Under the pieces are notes generated by a model. The model had not been told where the DNA came from, did not search any database, and worked only from the letters and a program-made list of their open reading frames with translations. A stretch of 63,096 nucleotides of DNA, the filler included, from Aduncisulcus paluster (lineage: Eukaryota): NCBI GenBank assembly GCA_024181965.1. It is 13 parts of 13 records of this genome, joined end to end, with 100 filler letters (N's around TTAATTAATTAA, not from the genome) between each part and the next. Parts side by side here need not be neighbours in the genome. Positions count along the whole stretch, not along the records: positions 3,710 to 12,126 come from BQXS01000188.1; positions 12,227 to 16,241 come from BQXS01000189.1; positions 16,342 to 27,758 come from BQXS01000190.1; 10 more parts are not named here. One strand, 5' to 3'. Positions 9,838 to 21,310 of this stretch are shown in pieces (position 1 is the stretch's first letter; each line of letters opens with the position of its first letter). Position numbers and translations under genes: made by a program.

Positions 9838-12126
9838 ATGAAAAATTTAGTTATCCGTCTAACTGAAAGTGGTGCTTTTCATGAAAATGATGGTTTTATC
9901 CATGCTATTAGGGGACAACGGGTCATAATCATTCTTCCAAGAAAAGCTTGCTATAATGGAATTCCCGATTTGTGTGTGAAAACAACGAAAACTTCGGCCC
10001 TTTATGATTCCCATACGCATAAGTTTTTGGAGATTAAACCCAATATTTCGTCCTTGCCTATCTCTGTTTATTCTCTCGATTGTTTCAGAGATTATTTTGC
10101 TTCCTTCATTCTCCCATTATCTTCTGATTCAGTTGAAATCTATTTGTCATATTCTGGGAGTTCTCCTCGGACTTCTATACCACAATATTTGTCTGTGAAT
10201 CCTCAACCTAAGATCAACGGAAAACCACTTCCTTTGGATTGTATCATGATGCAAACCGTTCATTCTCGTATTCTTGGTCCCTTAGAAAAATGGAAAGAGG
10301 TTTTGAAAGTTTCTAGTTCATCTGGATATAATATGATACATTTTAGCCCTGTTAATCAGATTGGAGGTAGTAATAGTGCTTACAGTATTTATAAACATCA
10401 CAGTTTGAATCATTCAATGTTTCCTAAACACTCAAAGCTCTCCAACGAAGAGAAATGGGAAGCTCTCAGGAAAGTGATCGCTGATGTTGAAAGAGAGCAA
10501 AATATGCTCTCTATTTGTGATGTTGTTTGGAACCATGCATCATATGATTGTGAAACACTTTGGAAACATCCTCAATGTGCGTACAATACCCACACTCATT
10601 CCTATCTGCTTCCAGCATTTGTCTTTGATTGCCATTTGAAAATATTCTCGAACGCAATTGCCAAAGGAAAATATCCTGACTTATCTCCTGTTACTTCAAA
10701 AGTGAATGAAACGGAATGGCTTGGAAATCTCCGTAACAGACTCCACATGCTCACCGAGTCTCTGAATCTCCATGAATACATCCACATTAACATATCACAG
10801 CTCCACAAAGATGTAGTCGATCCAGAAAACATGTCAGCCATGGGTAAGATCTTCCGTAAGTATCAGAGTAATAGTCTCTCTTCTCTCTCATCTTCTGAGT
10901 CTGATCACGTATGTTTCTCATCTTCTTCTGAGGAATTTCACACCCCCATACCTCTTCGCAAGTCAGATGCCCTTAGTCAGGGACATCTTGTGTATATTCT
11001 CGGTAATAACTACCATATTAGAGGTCGTAACAAGGTGATTCTTGATGTCATCAAGACATTCCGCCGTGTGATCGAGTGCATTCGTCTTGCTGAGATGAAC
11101 GATGGGGGCGGTAAACAAAGCATTGATGTTGGAACCACGATATCCTCTCAATCTGAGATCGTGAGACTGATCATTACTGCTGTTGAGAAATGGAATGTGA
11201 TCGTCAGAGACAAGATGCATGAAGATATGAAGTGTGCCGTGAATGCCCTCTGTGGTGATACTAAATATAGATTCTTCAATCCTCAAAGTAGATATTTTCA
11301 CTCTACCATATCTTCAAATTTACCATTATACACCCGTTTGTTCGTTGCTATCCCAAAGCACAGATCTTTGTCTCCTGATTGCCACAAACCTGAGACCACT
11401 GGGCATGGAATGACATCTCTCCCATCGTGGTACCCCAATACTCCTCCAGAACTGAGTGAAGGTGTTTATCAGCCTGGAACTCTTGTGGATTTCGATTCAA
11501 AATTCACCGGACTCGCTGTTAATGGATGGGTCATGTGCGACAAACCCACTGATAATTTTGCGACTAATGCTGGCGTGTACATTCGGAGAGAGATTGTTGC
11601 TTGGGGTGATTGTGTCAAGTTGTATTATGGAAATGTCCCCGAAGATTCCCCATTGATTTGGAAACTAATGGAGGATTACACGAAACGCATGGCCTCTGTT
11701 TTCCATGGATTTCGTGTCGATAATGCCCATGGTACCCCTGCTCATGTTGCTCGTCATATGCTCACCATTGGACGTCAGATCAGGAGAAACCTCTATGTTA
11801 ATGCTGAATTATTCACTGGGGATGCCCGTGAAGATGTGCACTTGATGTCAAAGCTCGCCATTCAATCGTTGATTCGTGAGGGTAGCAATCCCGGGTCCAC
11901 TTCTGATCTCTCTTCTTTCCTCCATCGTCTCACTGCTCCACCTGTGGGAACACTCTATGACCCTCAACACCTTCGAAGGAACAGAACGAGTGGAAAGACC
12001 TTATCTGTCCCATCTGTCCTCTTCGACTGTACCCATGATAACATCCCTTTTGTTGCCCAAGATAACAATGGCAATCCTTCATCCTCCCACGAACCTCTGA
12101 ATGTCCTTCCTCTCTCCACCTGTGTG
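9838..12126 (+). CDS. AGL: glycogen debranching enzyme (eukaryotic AGL/GDB1 type), 3' partial
   Basis: Motifs GYNMIHFSP, GGSNSAYSI, DVVWNH, LAVNGWV, YIRREIVAWGDCVKLYYG, GFRVDNAHGTP, AELFTG and FDCTHDN. Confidence 0.95.
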
Positions 12127-12226
12127 NNNNNNNNNNNNNNNNNNNNNNNNNNNNNNNNNNNNNNNNNNNNTTAATTAATTAANNNNNNNNNNNNNNNNNN
12201 NNNNNNNNNNNNNNNNNNNNNNNNNN

Positions 12227-15200
12227 TATCACTATCTCTAGCATTATTACTATCACTCTCATCATGGTCATTGTCCACTGACCCTGTCAATTGCTTTCTT
12301 TCTTTCACGGCCTCTTTGTTTCCATGTTCTTCCTCATCCTCAAAGATACTCAATGAACATCGACATCCTTCGTCTCATGTCACCTGCTCTTTAAAGCCCT
12401 TGAAGCTCTTGAAGTCTTTAAATCAGAGCAATCGTGATGGTAATGCACATCGTTTGTTCTTGCTCTTCACTCGGATGCTCTTCTTCATGGTTATATGTTC
12501 ATCAATATGCATGGTCTCTGCTGAAGTTGAAATATCCATCCCCGATGCAAACCTTCGAGCTGCTGTGTGTTCTGCTCTCGTTAGTTCTATTGGGCTTCCT
12601 GCTAATTGTCCAGTCATAACCAATATTGACATGCTGTCGTTGACTTCCCTCAGTGCGTCCTCTGTTGACACCTTCGAAGGATTGTCTTATGCTACGGACC
12701 TTGCATCACTCACCATCGATGGCACATCCACATCTGACCTTGAGATTGGCTCGACAGAGATTGGGTATCTTCCAACGTCATCCTTATCCACATTGTATCT
12801 GCAGAACATTGCATTATCTGAGGATGTGTCTTTATCCACATTCACAATGTTAACAAAGCTTGATCTGAGAAATACTGGATTGACAGACTCTCATAGTGTT
12901 CTTGGTTCTTTGAGTGGTGTTGAGGAGCAACTTGTTGAGTTGACCTTGCGAGACAATATTATCTCAGATATCTCTGCTCTATCCGGAATGGCGAATCTGA
13001 CGTATTTGCATCTGTACAACAATCAAATATCTGATGTGAATCCATTGGAAAGTTTGGTGGAATTGACATTTTTACACCTTGGCATCAATAATATATCCTC
13101 AATCTCTGCTCTATCTGGAATGATAAACTTAACGACTCTCCATCTATATTCAAATAGTATCTCAGATGTTTCACCTCTTGTCAACATCACTAATCTCACT
13201 GACCTTAGATTGTCATCCAACACTATCTCTGATATCTCTGCTCTATCTGGAATGTCAAAGATGTCAATTCTATATCTAGGCAGTAACAATATTTCGGATA
13301 TTTCTGATCTTTCTGAGATGTCTGAGATCAATACTTTGGCTCTTCATGCAAACAACATTTCAAATATATCTGCTCTATCTGGAATGAATGATATGAATAT
13401 TCTATACCTTTATTCAAATCAGATATCTGACATTTCCGATTTATCTGGAATGGTGAATCTAACCTATTTGTATCTGTACAACAATCAAATATCTGATGTG
13501 AGTCCATTGGAAAATTTGGTGAATCTGACATATTTACACCTTGCCGGCAATAATATATCCTCAATCTCTGTTCTATCAGGAATGATAAATTTAACGACTC
13601 TATATATAAATTCAAACAATATTTCAGACATTACTGCCCTCTCTGGAATGGGAGATCTTGTGACTTTATACCTCTATTACAACAATATTTCTGAAATTTC
13701 TGATCTTTCTGAGATGTCTGAGATCAATACTTTGGCTCTTCATGCAAACAACATTTCAAATATATCTGCTCTATCTGGAATGAATGATATGAATATTCTA
13801 TACCTTTATTCAAATCAGATATCTGACATTTCCGATTTATCTGGAATGGTGAATCTAACCTATTTGTATCTGTACAACAATCAAATATCTGATGTGAGTC
13901 CATTGGAAAATTTGGTGAATCTGACATATTTACACCTTGCCGGCAATAATATATCCTCAATCTCTGTTCTATCAGGAATGATAAATTTAACGACTCTATA
14001 TATAAATTCAAACAATATTTCAGACATTACTGCCCTCTCTGGAATGGGAGATCTTGTGACTTTATACCTCTATTACAACAATATTTCGGATATTTCTGAT
14101 CTTTCTGAGATGTCTGAGATCAATACTTTGGCTCTTCATGCAAACAACATTTCAAATATATCTGCTCTATCTGGAATGAATGATATGAATATTCTATACC
14201 TTTATTCAAATCAGATATCTGACATTTCCGATTTATCTGGAATGGTGAATCTAACCTATTTGTATCTGTACAACAATCAAATATCTGATGTGAGTCCATT
14301 GGAAAATTTGGTGAATCTGACATATTTACACCTTGCCGGCAATAATATATCCTCAATCTCTGCTCTATCTGGAATGTCAAAGATGTCAATTCTATATCTA
14401 GGCAGTAACAATATTTCGGATATTTCTGATCTTTCTGAGATGTCTGAGATCAATACTTTGGCTCTTCATGCAAACAACATCTCTGATATCTCTGCTCTAT
14501 CTGGAATGTCAAAGATGTCAATTCTATATCTAGGCAGTAACAATATTTCGGATATTTCTGATCTTTCTGAGATGTCTGAGATCAATACTTTGGCTCTTCA
14601 TGCAAACAACATTTCAAATATATCTGCTCTATCTGGAATGAATGATATGAATATTCTATACCTTTATTCAAATCAGATATCTGACATTTCCGATTTATCT
14701 GGAATGGTGAATCTAACCTATTTGTATCTGTACAACAATCAAATATCTGATGTGAGTCCATTGGAAAATTTGGTGAATCTGACATATTTACACCTTGCCG
14801 GCAATAATATATCCTCAATCTCTGTTCTATCAGGAATGATAAATTTAACGACTCTATATATAAATTCAAACAATATTTCAGACATTACTGCCCTCTCTGG
14901 AATGGGAGATCTTGTGACTTTATACCTCTATTACAACAATATTTCTGAAATTACTTCTCTGTCTGACCTGACAGAATTGACATCTTTATCACTTCATTCG
15001 AACCAAATAACTGATATTTCTGACTTGAGTTCTCTAACAAAGCTAACATATTTGCATTTGTACAACAATCAAATATCTGATGTGAGTCCATTGGAAAATT
15101 TGGTGGAATTGACAACCTTGGAACTTGGATCTAATCAGATTACTTCCATTGATTCTTTGTCAAGCTTGGATGATTTAGTATCTCTGTATCTCTATGAAAA

Positions 15201-16241
15201 TAACATCTCAGATATCTCTGCTCTATCAGGAATGATAAACTTAACGACTCTACATCTATATTCAAACAGTATTTCAGACATTACTGCCCTCTCTGGAATG
15301 GGAGATCTTGTGACTTTATACCTCTATTACAACAATATTTCTGAAATTACTCCTCTGTCTGACCTGACAGAATTGACAGCTTTATCACTTCATTCAAACC
15401 AAATATCTGATATTTCTGACTTGAGTTCTCTAACAAAGCTAACATATTTGCATCTTTCCAGCAATAATATATCCTCGATCTCTGCTCTATCTGGAATGAA
15501 TGATATGAATATTCTCTACCTTTATTCAAATCAGATATCTGATATTTCCGATTTATCCGGAATGGTGAATCTAACCTATTTGCATTTGTACAACAATCAA
15601 ATAGAATCCATTGAATCGTTATCAGGCATGACTGCTCTAAATACCCTTTTTCTTTCCAACAACTCTATCTCAGATATTTCCTCACTAAGCTCTTTGATCT
15701 CTATTTCATATTTGGAGCAGAACAACAATAATATTTCAGATCTTTCTCCTTTACAGAATTTAGATAAATTGACCCACCTTTGTCTTTTAGGAAATCAAAT
15801 AACGTCCACTGAATATTTATCTGGATTAACCAATTTACAGTATTTATCTCTTGCATACAATTCTTTGGAATCTATCGAATATCTATCAAATCTGTCAAAT
15901 CTAACAGTTCTGTTACTTTATGGCACTGGCATTGAAGATATCTCTGCTTTATCTGGAATGTATTTATTAGAGTATTTGCAACTGGAAGGAAATTATATTA
16001 CTGATATAACTCCTTTGAAGTTCCTAACGAAATTAAATTGGCTACATCTTGGATCAAATCGGATTGAATCAGTTGAACCATTATCTTACATTACTGAACA
16101 GTTGAATTATCTATATCTTTACAATAACAATATCTCAGATATCTCTTACCTTTCACAAATGACAGGGTTGTATCATTTATTTTTATATAACAATAACATC
16201 TCGAATATCTCTGCTCTATCAGGAATGATAAACTTAACGAC
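12227..16241 (+). CDS. very long secreted/surface LRR protein (~50 22-aa internalin/SDS22-like repeats), 3' partial; likely start Met near 12475
   Basis: Hydrophobic signal-like segment MLFFMVICSSICMVSA, cap IPDANLRAAVC, then LxxLxLxxNxIxDIxxLxx repeats up to the contig end. Confidence 0.92.
13240..14955 (+). repeat. array of near-identical 66-bp LRR cassettes with 396-bp and 462-bp higher-order periods
   Basis: Identical antisense ORFs at 13328-13615, 13724-14011 and 14582-14869, and a partial one at 14120-14389. Cassette order is A B C D E F G B C D E F G B C D E A B A B C D E F G. Confidence 0.93.
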
Positions 16242-16580
16242 NNNNNNNNNNNNNNNNNNNNNNNNNNNNNNNNNNNNNNNNNNNNTTAATTAATTAANNN
16301 NNNNNNNNNNNNNNNNNNNNNNNNNNNNNNNNNNNNNNNNNTATGGGAAGAGTATGAGCAGCTGATCTATAGTTATCCCTAATAAATGCATCCGCTGAAA
16401 AAGGATGAGGGCCTCATCAAAGTACTATTCTCGTCAAAATAAATAACATTTTCTAACGTATTTCTACTTTCATCATATTTTTAAAATGTTTTAGTAATTC
16501 TATATAGTTTTTTATATTGTATTCAAGCTGTTATTCTGTTTTGTTTGAACTTTGGTTTGTTTCCCGATTCGTAACTCAAA

Positions 16581-18246
16581 ATGACTTTGTTAATTAAAAA
16601 TGGTCACGTGTTCACATTAAATGATAAAGATGAAGATTTTGACAACGGTGCTGTTTTTATTGGAGAGAGTGGTGCTATTGTTGAACTTGGTCCTTCTGAG
16701 GAGATGTGTGCCAAATATGAGAAAGAAGCCGATGAAGTACTTGATGCTAAAGGTGGTATGATTGCTCCCGCCTTCATTTGTGCCCATGGTCATTTCTATG
16801 GTGTGTATTCTCGTGGTATGGATATGAAAGATGATCCTCCAAGTAACTTCCTTGAAGTTCTCGAACGTTTATGGTGGAGGTTAGATCGTGGCCTCGACGA
16901 GAGTACTAATCGTCACTCCACTTTGATTTGTCTCGTTGATGCTATCCGTTCTGGAACTACCACCATCTTCGACCATCATGCCTCCCCATACTGCACTCCT
17001 GGGTCTCTCGATACCATTGAGAAGGCCTGTAAAGACGCTGGAGTTCGTGCTTCCTTATGTTATGAGATATCTGAGAGAAACGGTGAAGAGGAATTCATCC
17101 GGGAGATTGATGAGAATATCAGATATGCCCTCAAACTCAAAGAAGAGATGAAAGATGAGAAAATGCCCCAATTCGCTGCTACAGTTGGTCTTCATTCTTG
17201 TCTTACCCTTTCTGACGATGGTCTCAAAACCATTCGTGAGAAGGTCACCGAGAGTGGTCTTAAGGACATTGGTTTCCACGTTCATGTTGGAGAAGGTCCT
17301 GACGATGAGATTGTTTCCATGAAGAAATTTGGAAAACGTTCCATTGAGCGTCTTGATGCCGCTGGAATGCTCAATCCCCATTCCATCTGTTGTCATTGTG
17401 TTGCCATCGATGACAAAGAACGTGATCTCGTGAAGAAAGCTGACGCTGTTATCGTGCACAACCCTTCAAGTAACATGAACAATGGTGTTGGTGCCCTTGA
17501 TGTTCCCAAGACTCTCGACGCTGGTGTGTTGGCAGGTCTCGGAACTGATGGAATTGGCCTTGACATGATTAAGGAATACTACTTCGCTTACATGCTCCAA
17601 AAACTTGCCAAGGGCCATCCCAGTGCAGGATCCATGGAGGCATTCAACCTCTTGTTCAAGAACAACTCAAAGATCGCCTCTCGTCACTTCGGGTATAAGA
17701 TTGGAGTGTTGGAGCCAGGAGCAGTTGGAGATGTCATTGTGCTTGATTACTACACTCCCACTTCATTCCACGGTGGCAACTTGCCATGGCATGTCATGTT
17801 CGGAATGGGCTCAAGAAATGTCAGCTCAACCATCTCAAGNNNNNNNNNNNNNNNNNNNNGCCAAGGGCCATCCCAGTGCAGGATCCATGGAGGCATTCAA
17901 CCTCTTGTTCAAGAACAACTCAAAGATCGCCTCTCGTCACTTCGGGTATAAGATTGGAGTGTTGGAGCCAGGAGCAGTTGGAGATGTCATTGTGCTTGAT
18001 TACTACACTCCCACTTCATTCCACGGTGGCAACTTGCCATGGCATGTCATGTTCGGAATGGGCTCAAGAAATGTCAGCTCAACCATCTCAAGGGGTAAAG
18101 TCCTCATGAGAGAGCGTGAACTCGTGACTCTTGATGAGAAAAAGATCATGGCTGAGGCTAAGGCTGAGCACATGAAGGTCTGGGAAAAGGTCTGGGAGAT
18201 TGCTGAGAAAGAAAAGAAGGAGAGGAAGGAAAAGGAAGAAAAGTAG
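16581..18246 (+). CDS. ssnA: SsnA-like metal-dependent amidohydrolase (bacterial type); the apparent break is an assembly overlap (17607-17839 = 17860-18092)
   Basis: Motifs CAHGHFYG, PPSNFLEVLERLWWRLDR, GTTTIFDHHASP, GLHS, HVHVGEG, HCV, HNPSSNMNNGVG and GLGTDG. Intronless. Removing the overlap gives one continuous ORF. Confidence 0.88.
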
Positions 18247-18428
18247 GATGTGCTCATTATCGCGATAATTCAATTTTCTGAGATTATTTTTACTTTTTCT
18301 TGATAGGTTCAAACGTTTAGAAGCTAAAATTAGATTAGAATTTCTAAAAACAAAAAAAACTTGATATTATTATCAATGATTAAAATCTATCCCTGATCAA
18401 GATTACTCAATAAACAAACATTTTGAAG

Positions 18429-20846
18429 TTATCCCCCATTCTTCTTGCACCATTTCACCTTTTTCTGATATTTGAGAAGTTGGGGAGCAATCGAAGGAAC
18501 CGAGGAGAATCTGTGAATTAGTTTTGACCAGTATATGATTCCCCAAACATTTTTACCTCCTTCTTCCTTCTTTTTCTTTATCATCTCAAACCAACTATCA
18601 AGAAGACCATCTTTAGTACAATCATGGACTTCAATGGCTTGGGAAGGAATACAACTCAAGTTACCAAAGAAACATAAAGAACGAGCGATAACATCTGCAT
18701 CAGACGTAATATCTTTGGAAGAAGAATCTTTCAGCACATCCAAGACAGGATGAAACACAAACCAGAGTTGTGAGGAACGATCTTTATGAGGGTGAATGTT
18801 GTCCTTATCAAGAGTGAAATTCTTCAAGATATTTACCCACAAGTAAAATGACTTCTTATCAGGATATTTCTTCATCCAAGGTAAGATGTGAGGAAGAAGA
18901 AGGGATAAGAGGGAGTCTTTGGTTGGATCATCTTTGGCAAATGCAATATTTCGACACGTATCAAGGATATCTGCAATGAAAGAGTCGCTAAAAATAAATC
19001 TCAGACCAAGACTTAATATCTGCGAGAGAAGTGAAGAGATTTGGAGGTAAATTTTTGGACAAATGGGCAATACGTAAGCAGTAGTAATATGAAGAATCGT
19101 AAACAATGAGATTGTGATAGGACTAACTCCAGAATCTGTTGTTCCACTTTCTTCTTCCTTCATCCCCAAAACAGATACAACTCGAACCATTGAAGGTAAG
19201 AAACAGTCAATCATATTCTTAAGGGAAGCACTATCGAGGTTGATCTTAAGAGTATTATCACCATGTGTAATGAAATGCCTTGTGAACAAAGAAAAACATT
19301 CAAAACAAAGAGTGAAAAGATTTTGATGGGATGTTATTGAAGAGGGAGAAGAAGTATATTCATCAAAGATAGCTTTAATACGAGATTGAGATTCTTCATA
19401 GAGGGATTTAACGGCAGATTGGGAGGAAGATCTTTGAATTGAAACAATTAAAGCTCTCAAATCCATCTCTTTTCCCTTTAGAATAGTTTCAATCTTCTTC
19501 TTCTCTTCTTTCTTCTTCAACTTGAGTTTTAAAGCCTCAATTTCTTTCTTCAAGTCTTCTTCAGAGTCTTCTTCTTTGTCGTCCCCAATGCTTGTTGTGG
19601 ATTCATGATGATAACTCGTACTATCATCCCAACCTTTCGATATCTTAACACTTTCAAGAGAATCTCCACTTCCTTCACTTTCCTCGATGCATCCAGGATC
19701 GCCTTTATGCTTGGCAAGCTGAACCCTCACAATATCCTCAATGGATGGACATTTCCACCCTTCTCCAATCTTTGGAAGAAGAGATTTAATGGATTGAACT
19801 TTCTTGCAGGCTTCATGAACACTCATACGTTCATCAATGTCAACTTTTGTCAATCCTTCGAATATTTCATTCAGACAGGAATAAACAGGTTTGAACTTAC
19901 CATCTTCAATGGTCTTGAGGGTTTTGAAAAGAGAAGTTTTAGAGAGTTTTGGACCCAACCCTTTTGAAATGAGTTCTAAAAGCCCCTTAACATATTCAGC
20001 AGGAGAATCAATCCATTGTAATACTGGATTCTGAACGAAAGGATCTTGCCCTTTGAACATGGCGAGAATAGTAAGACCGAGAGAGTAAGCATCACTCTCT
20101 TGGCTTTGGTCTCCTTGAAGAGCTTCACATGAGTTGTAAACAAGTGTCCCACAGATAAAGCGTTTGGGTTTAGTTTTGTCATCTTCAGATTTGGATTTCT
20201 TTGAAGAAGATACAAAGCTCGTACACGATATGGAAGAGGAGATGGAGTCTTGGATCTGAGCAAGACCAAGATCAGAAAGAACAATGATACATTTCAGAGA
20301 ATCGGGATCAACACGAACAAGGAAGTTATCAGGCTTAATGTCTCGGTGAACAAGGCTTGGCTTGGCTTTAAACACTTCAGCAAGACACTCGATCATTCCA
20401 ACACATAAAGCACTCACTCTTAGGGGATCAAGAGTCATGGGATCAAAGTGAGTGGAGTCAGAAGATATGCTTGAAGATCCATGCTTTCCCCAACTCCTAG
20501 CAAACTCCTTCACACTACCTCCAAGACAAAACTCCATACAAAACCCAAACACACCTTTGTAATCCTCATCAAGAAGGTCAAGAATGTACATGGGGCGAGG
20601 AATACGATTGAAACATTTGGGATTCATGAATAGTTCTACTTGGATATCAAACTCATCACGACATGAGTCAACGACTTTCTCATCCCCGACTCGGATCAAT
20701 TTTTTCAGAACACATGGTTGAGAAACACCGTCAATACACACAATATAAACCATTCCAAACCCGCCTTGGCCACAAATACACAAGGACTCAATAGCGGAAG
20801 GAGAGACGATAGTCTTGCTATCTTTTTTGCGTATATGTCCATACAT
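18429..20846 (-). CDS. Ser/Thr protein kinase with coiled coil and helical (ARM/HEAT-like) C-terminal region
   Basis: Motifs GQGGFG, VLKK, MEFC, HRDIKPDN, DLG, GTLVYNSCE and SDAYSLG. The C-terminal ~350 aa are Leu-rich and helical. Confidence 0.9.
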   Translation of the reverse strand: MYGHIRKKDSKTIVSPSAIESLCICGQGGFGMVYIVCIDGVSQPCVLKKLIRVGDEKVVDSCRDEFDIQVELFMNPKCFNRIPRPMYILDLLDEDYKGVFGFCMEFCLGGSVKEFARSWGKHGSSSISSDSTHFDPMTLDPLRVSALCVGMIECLAEVFKAKPSLVHRDIKPDNFLVRVDPDSLKCIIVLSDLGLAQIQDSISSSISCTSFVSSSKKSKSEDDKTKPKRFICGTLVYNSCEALQGDQSQESDAYSLGLTILAMFKGQDPFVQNPVLQWIDSPAEYVKGLLELISKGLGPKLSKTSLFKTLKTIEDGKFKPVYSCLNEIFEGLTKVDIDERMSVHEACKKVQSIKSLLPKIGEGWKCPSIEDIVRVQLAKHKGDPGCIEESEGSGDSLESVKISKGWDDSTSYHHESTTSIGDDKEEDSEEDLKKEIEALKLKLKKKEEKKKIETILKGKEMDLRALIVSIQRSSSQSAVKSLYEESQSRIKAIFDEYTSSPSSITSHQNLFTLCFECFSLFTRHFITHGDNTLKINLDSASLKNMIDCFLPSMVRVVSVLGMKEEESGTTDSGVSPITISLFTILHITTAYVLPICPKIYLQISSLLSQILSLGLRFIFSDSFIADILDTCRNIAFAKDDPTKDSLLSLLLPHILPWMKKYPDKKSFYLWVNILKNFTLDKDNIHPHKDRSSQLWFVFHPVLDVLKDSSSKDITSDADVIARSLCFFGNLSCIPSQAIEVHDCTKDGLLDSWFEMIKKKKEEGGKNVWGIIYWSKLIHRFSSVPSIAPQLLKYQKKVKWCKKNGG

Positions 20847-21310
20847 CTAAAAAAATTGGGAAGAAACGGGAGATAGACGGCAAAGTGATAATGGGAAAAC
20901 ATGACACATAAATATGGATGAAAGAAAAGAAAAAAATTTAAAAAAAAAAGGTAAACATACTTAAAGTCCTTCAACTTCAATATTATTTCAGGTGTAACAA
21001 AAACGTTGAGCATTTTTTTCTATTAGCAATTCTTTCTAATTTCCTGGGAAAATGTTATAAAATGACGATAAATAGTAGAATTCAATTTTTTTATCTGTAA
21101 TATTTTGGAATTGTCTGTTGTTGACACGATATATCACTTTCAAATGCTAAAATGCTTTAAAATGGCATGCCACTAAACTTCTATGTGACAAAAATATTTT
21201 TCTTCAGGCTCTTTAAGCTCAATTTATTACTGAATCAGAGCAAGGAATTACTCTAAGATTCAGAGACATCACCCTGTTACAATGAATCTTCAGTTCAAAA
21301 TACTGAGAAT

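Noticed and set aside
13240-14955. CRISPR-like periodic array
   Set aside because: The 66-bp period is in-frame LRR coding sequence, with no repeat-spacer structure and no cas genes.
17607-18092. Tandem duplication or frameshift in ssnA (likewise at gaps 22802, 34401, 37386, 48795, 57011)
   Set aside because: The duplicated sequence directly flanks 20-N scaffold gaps, and collapsing the overlap restores single continuous sequences.
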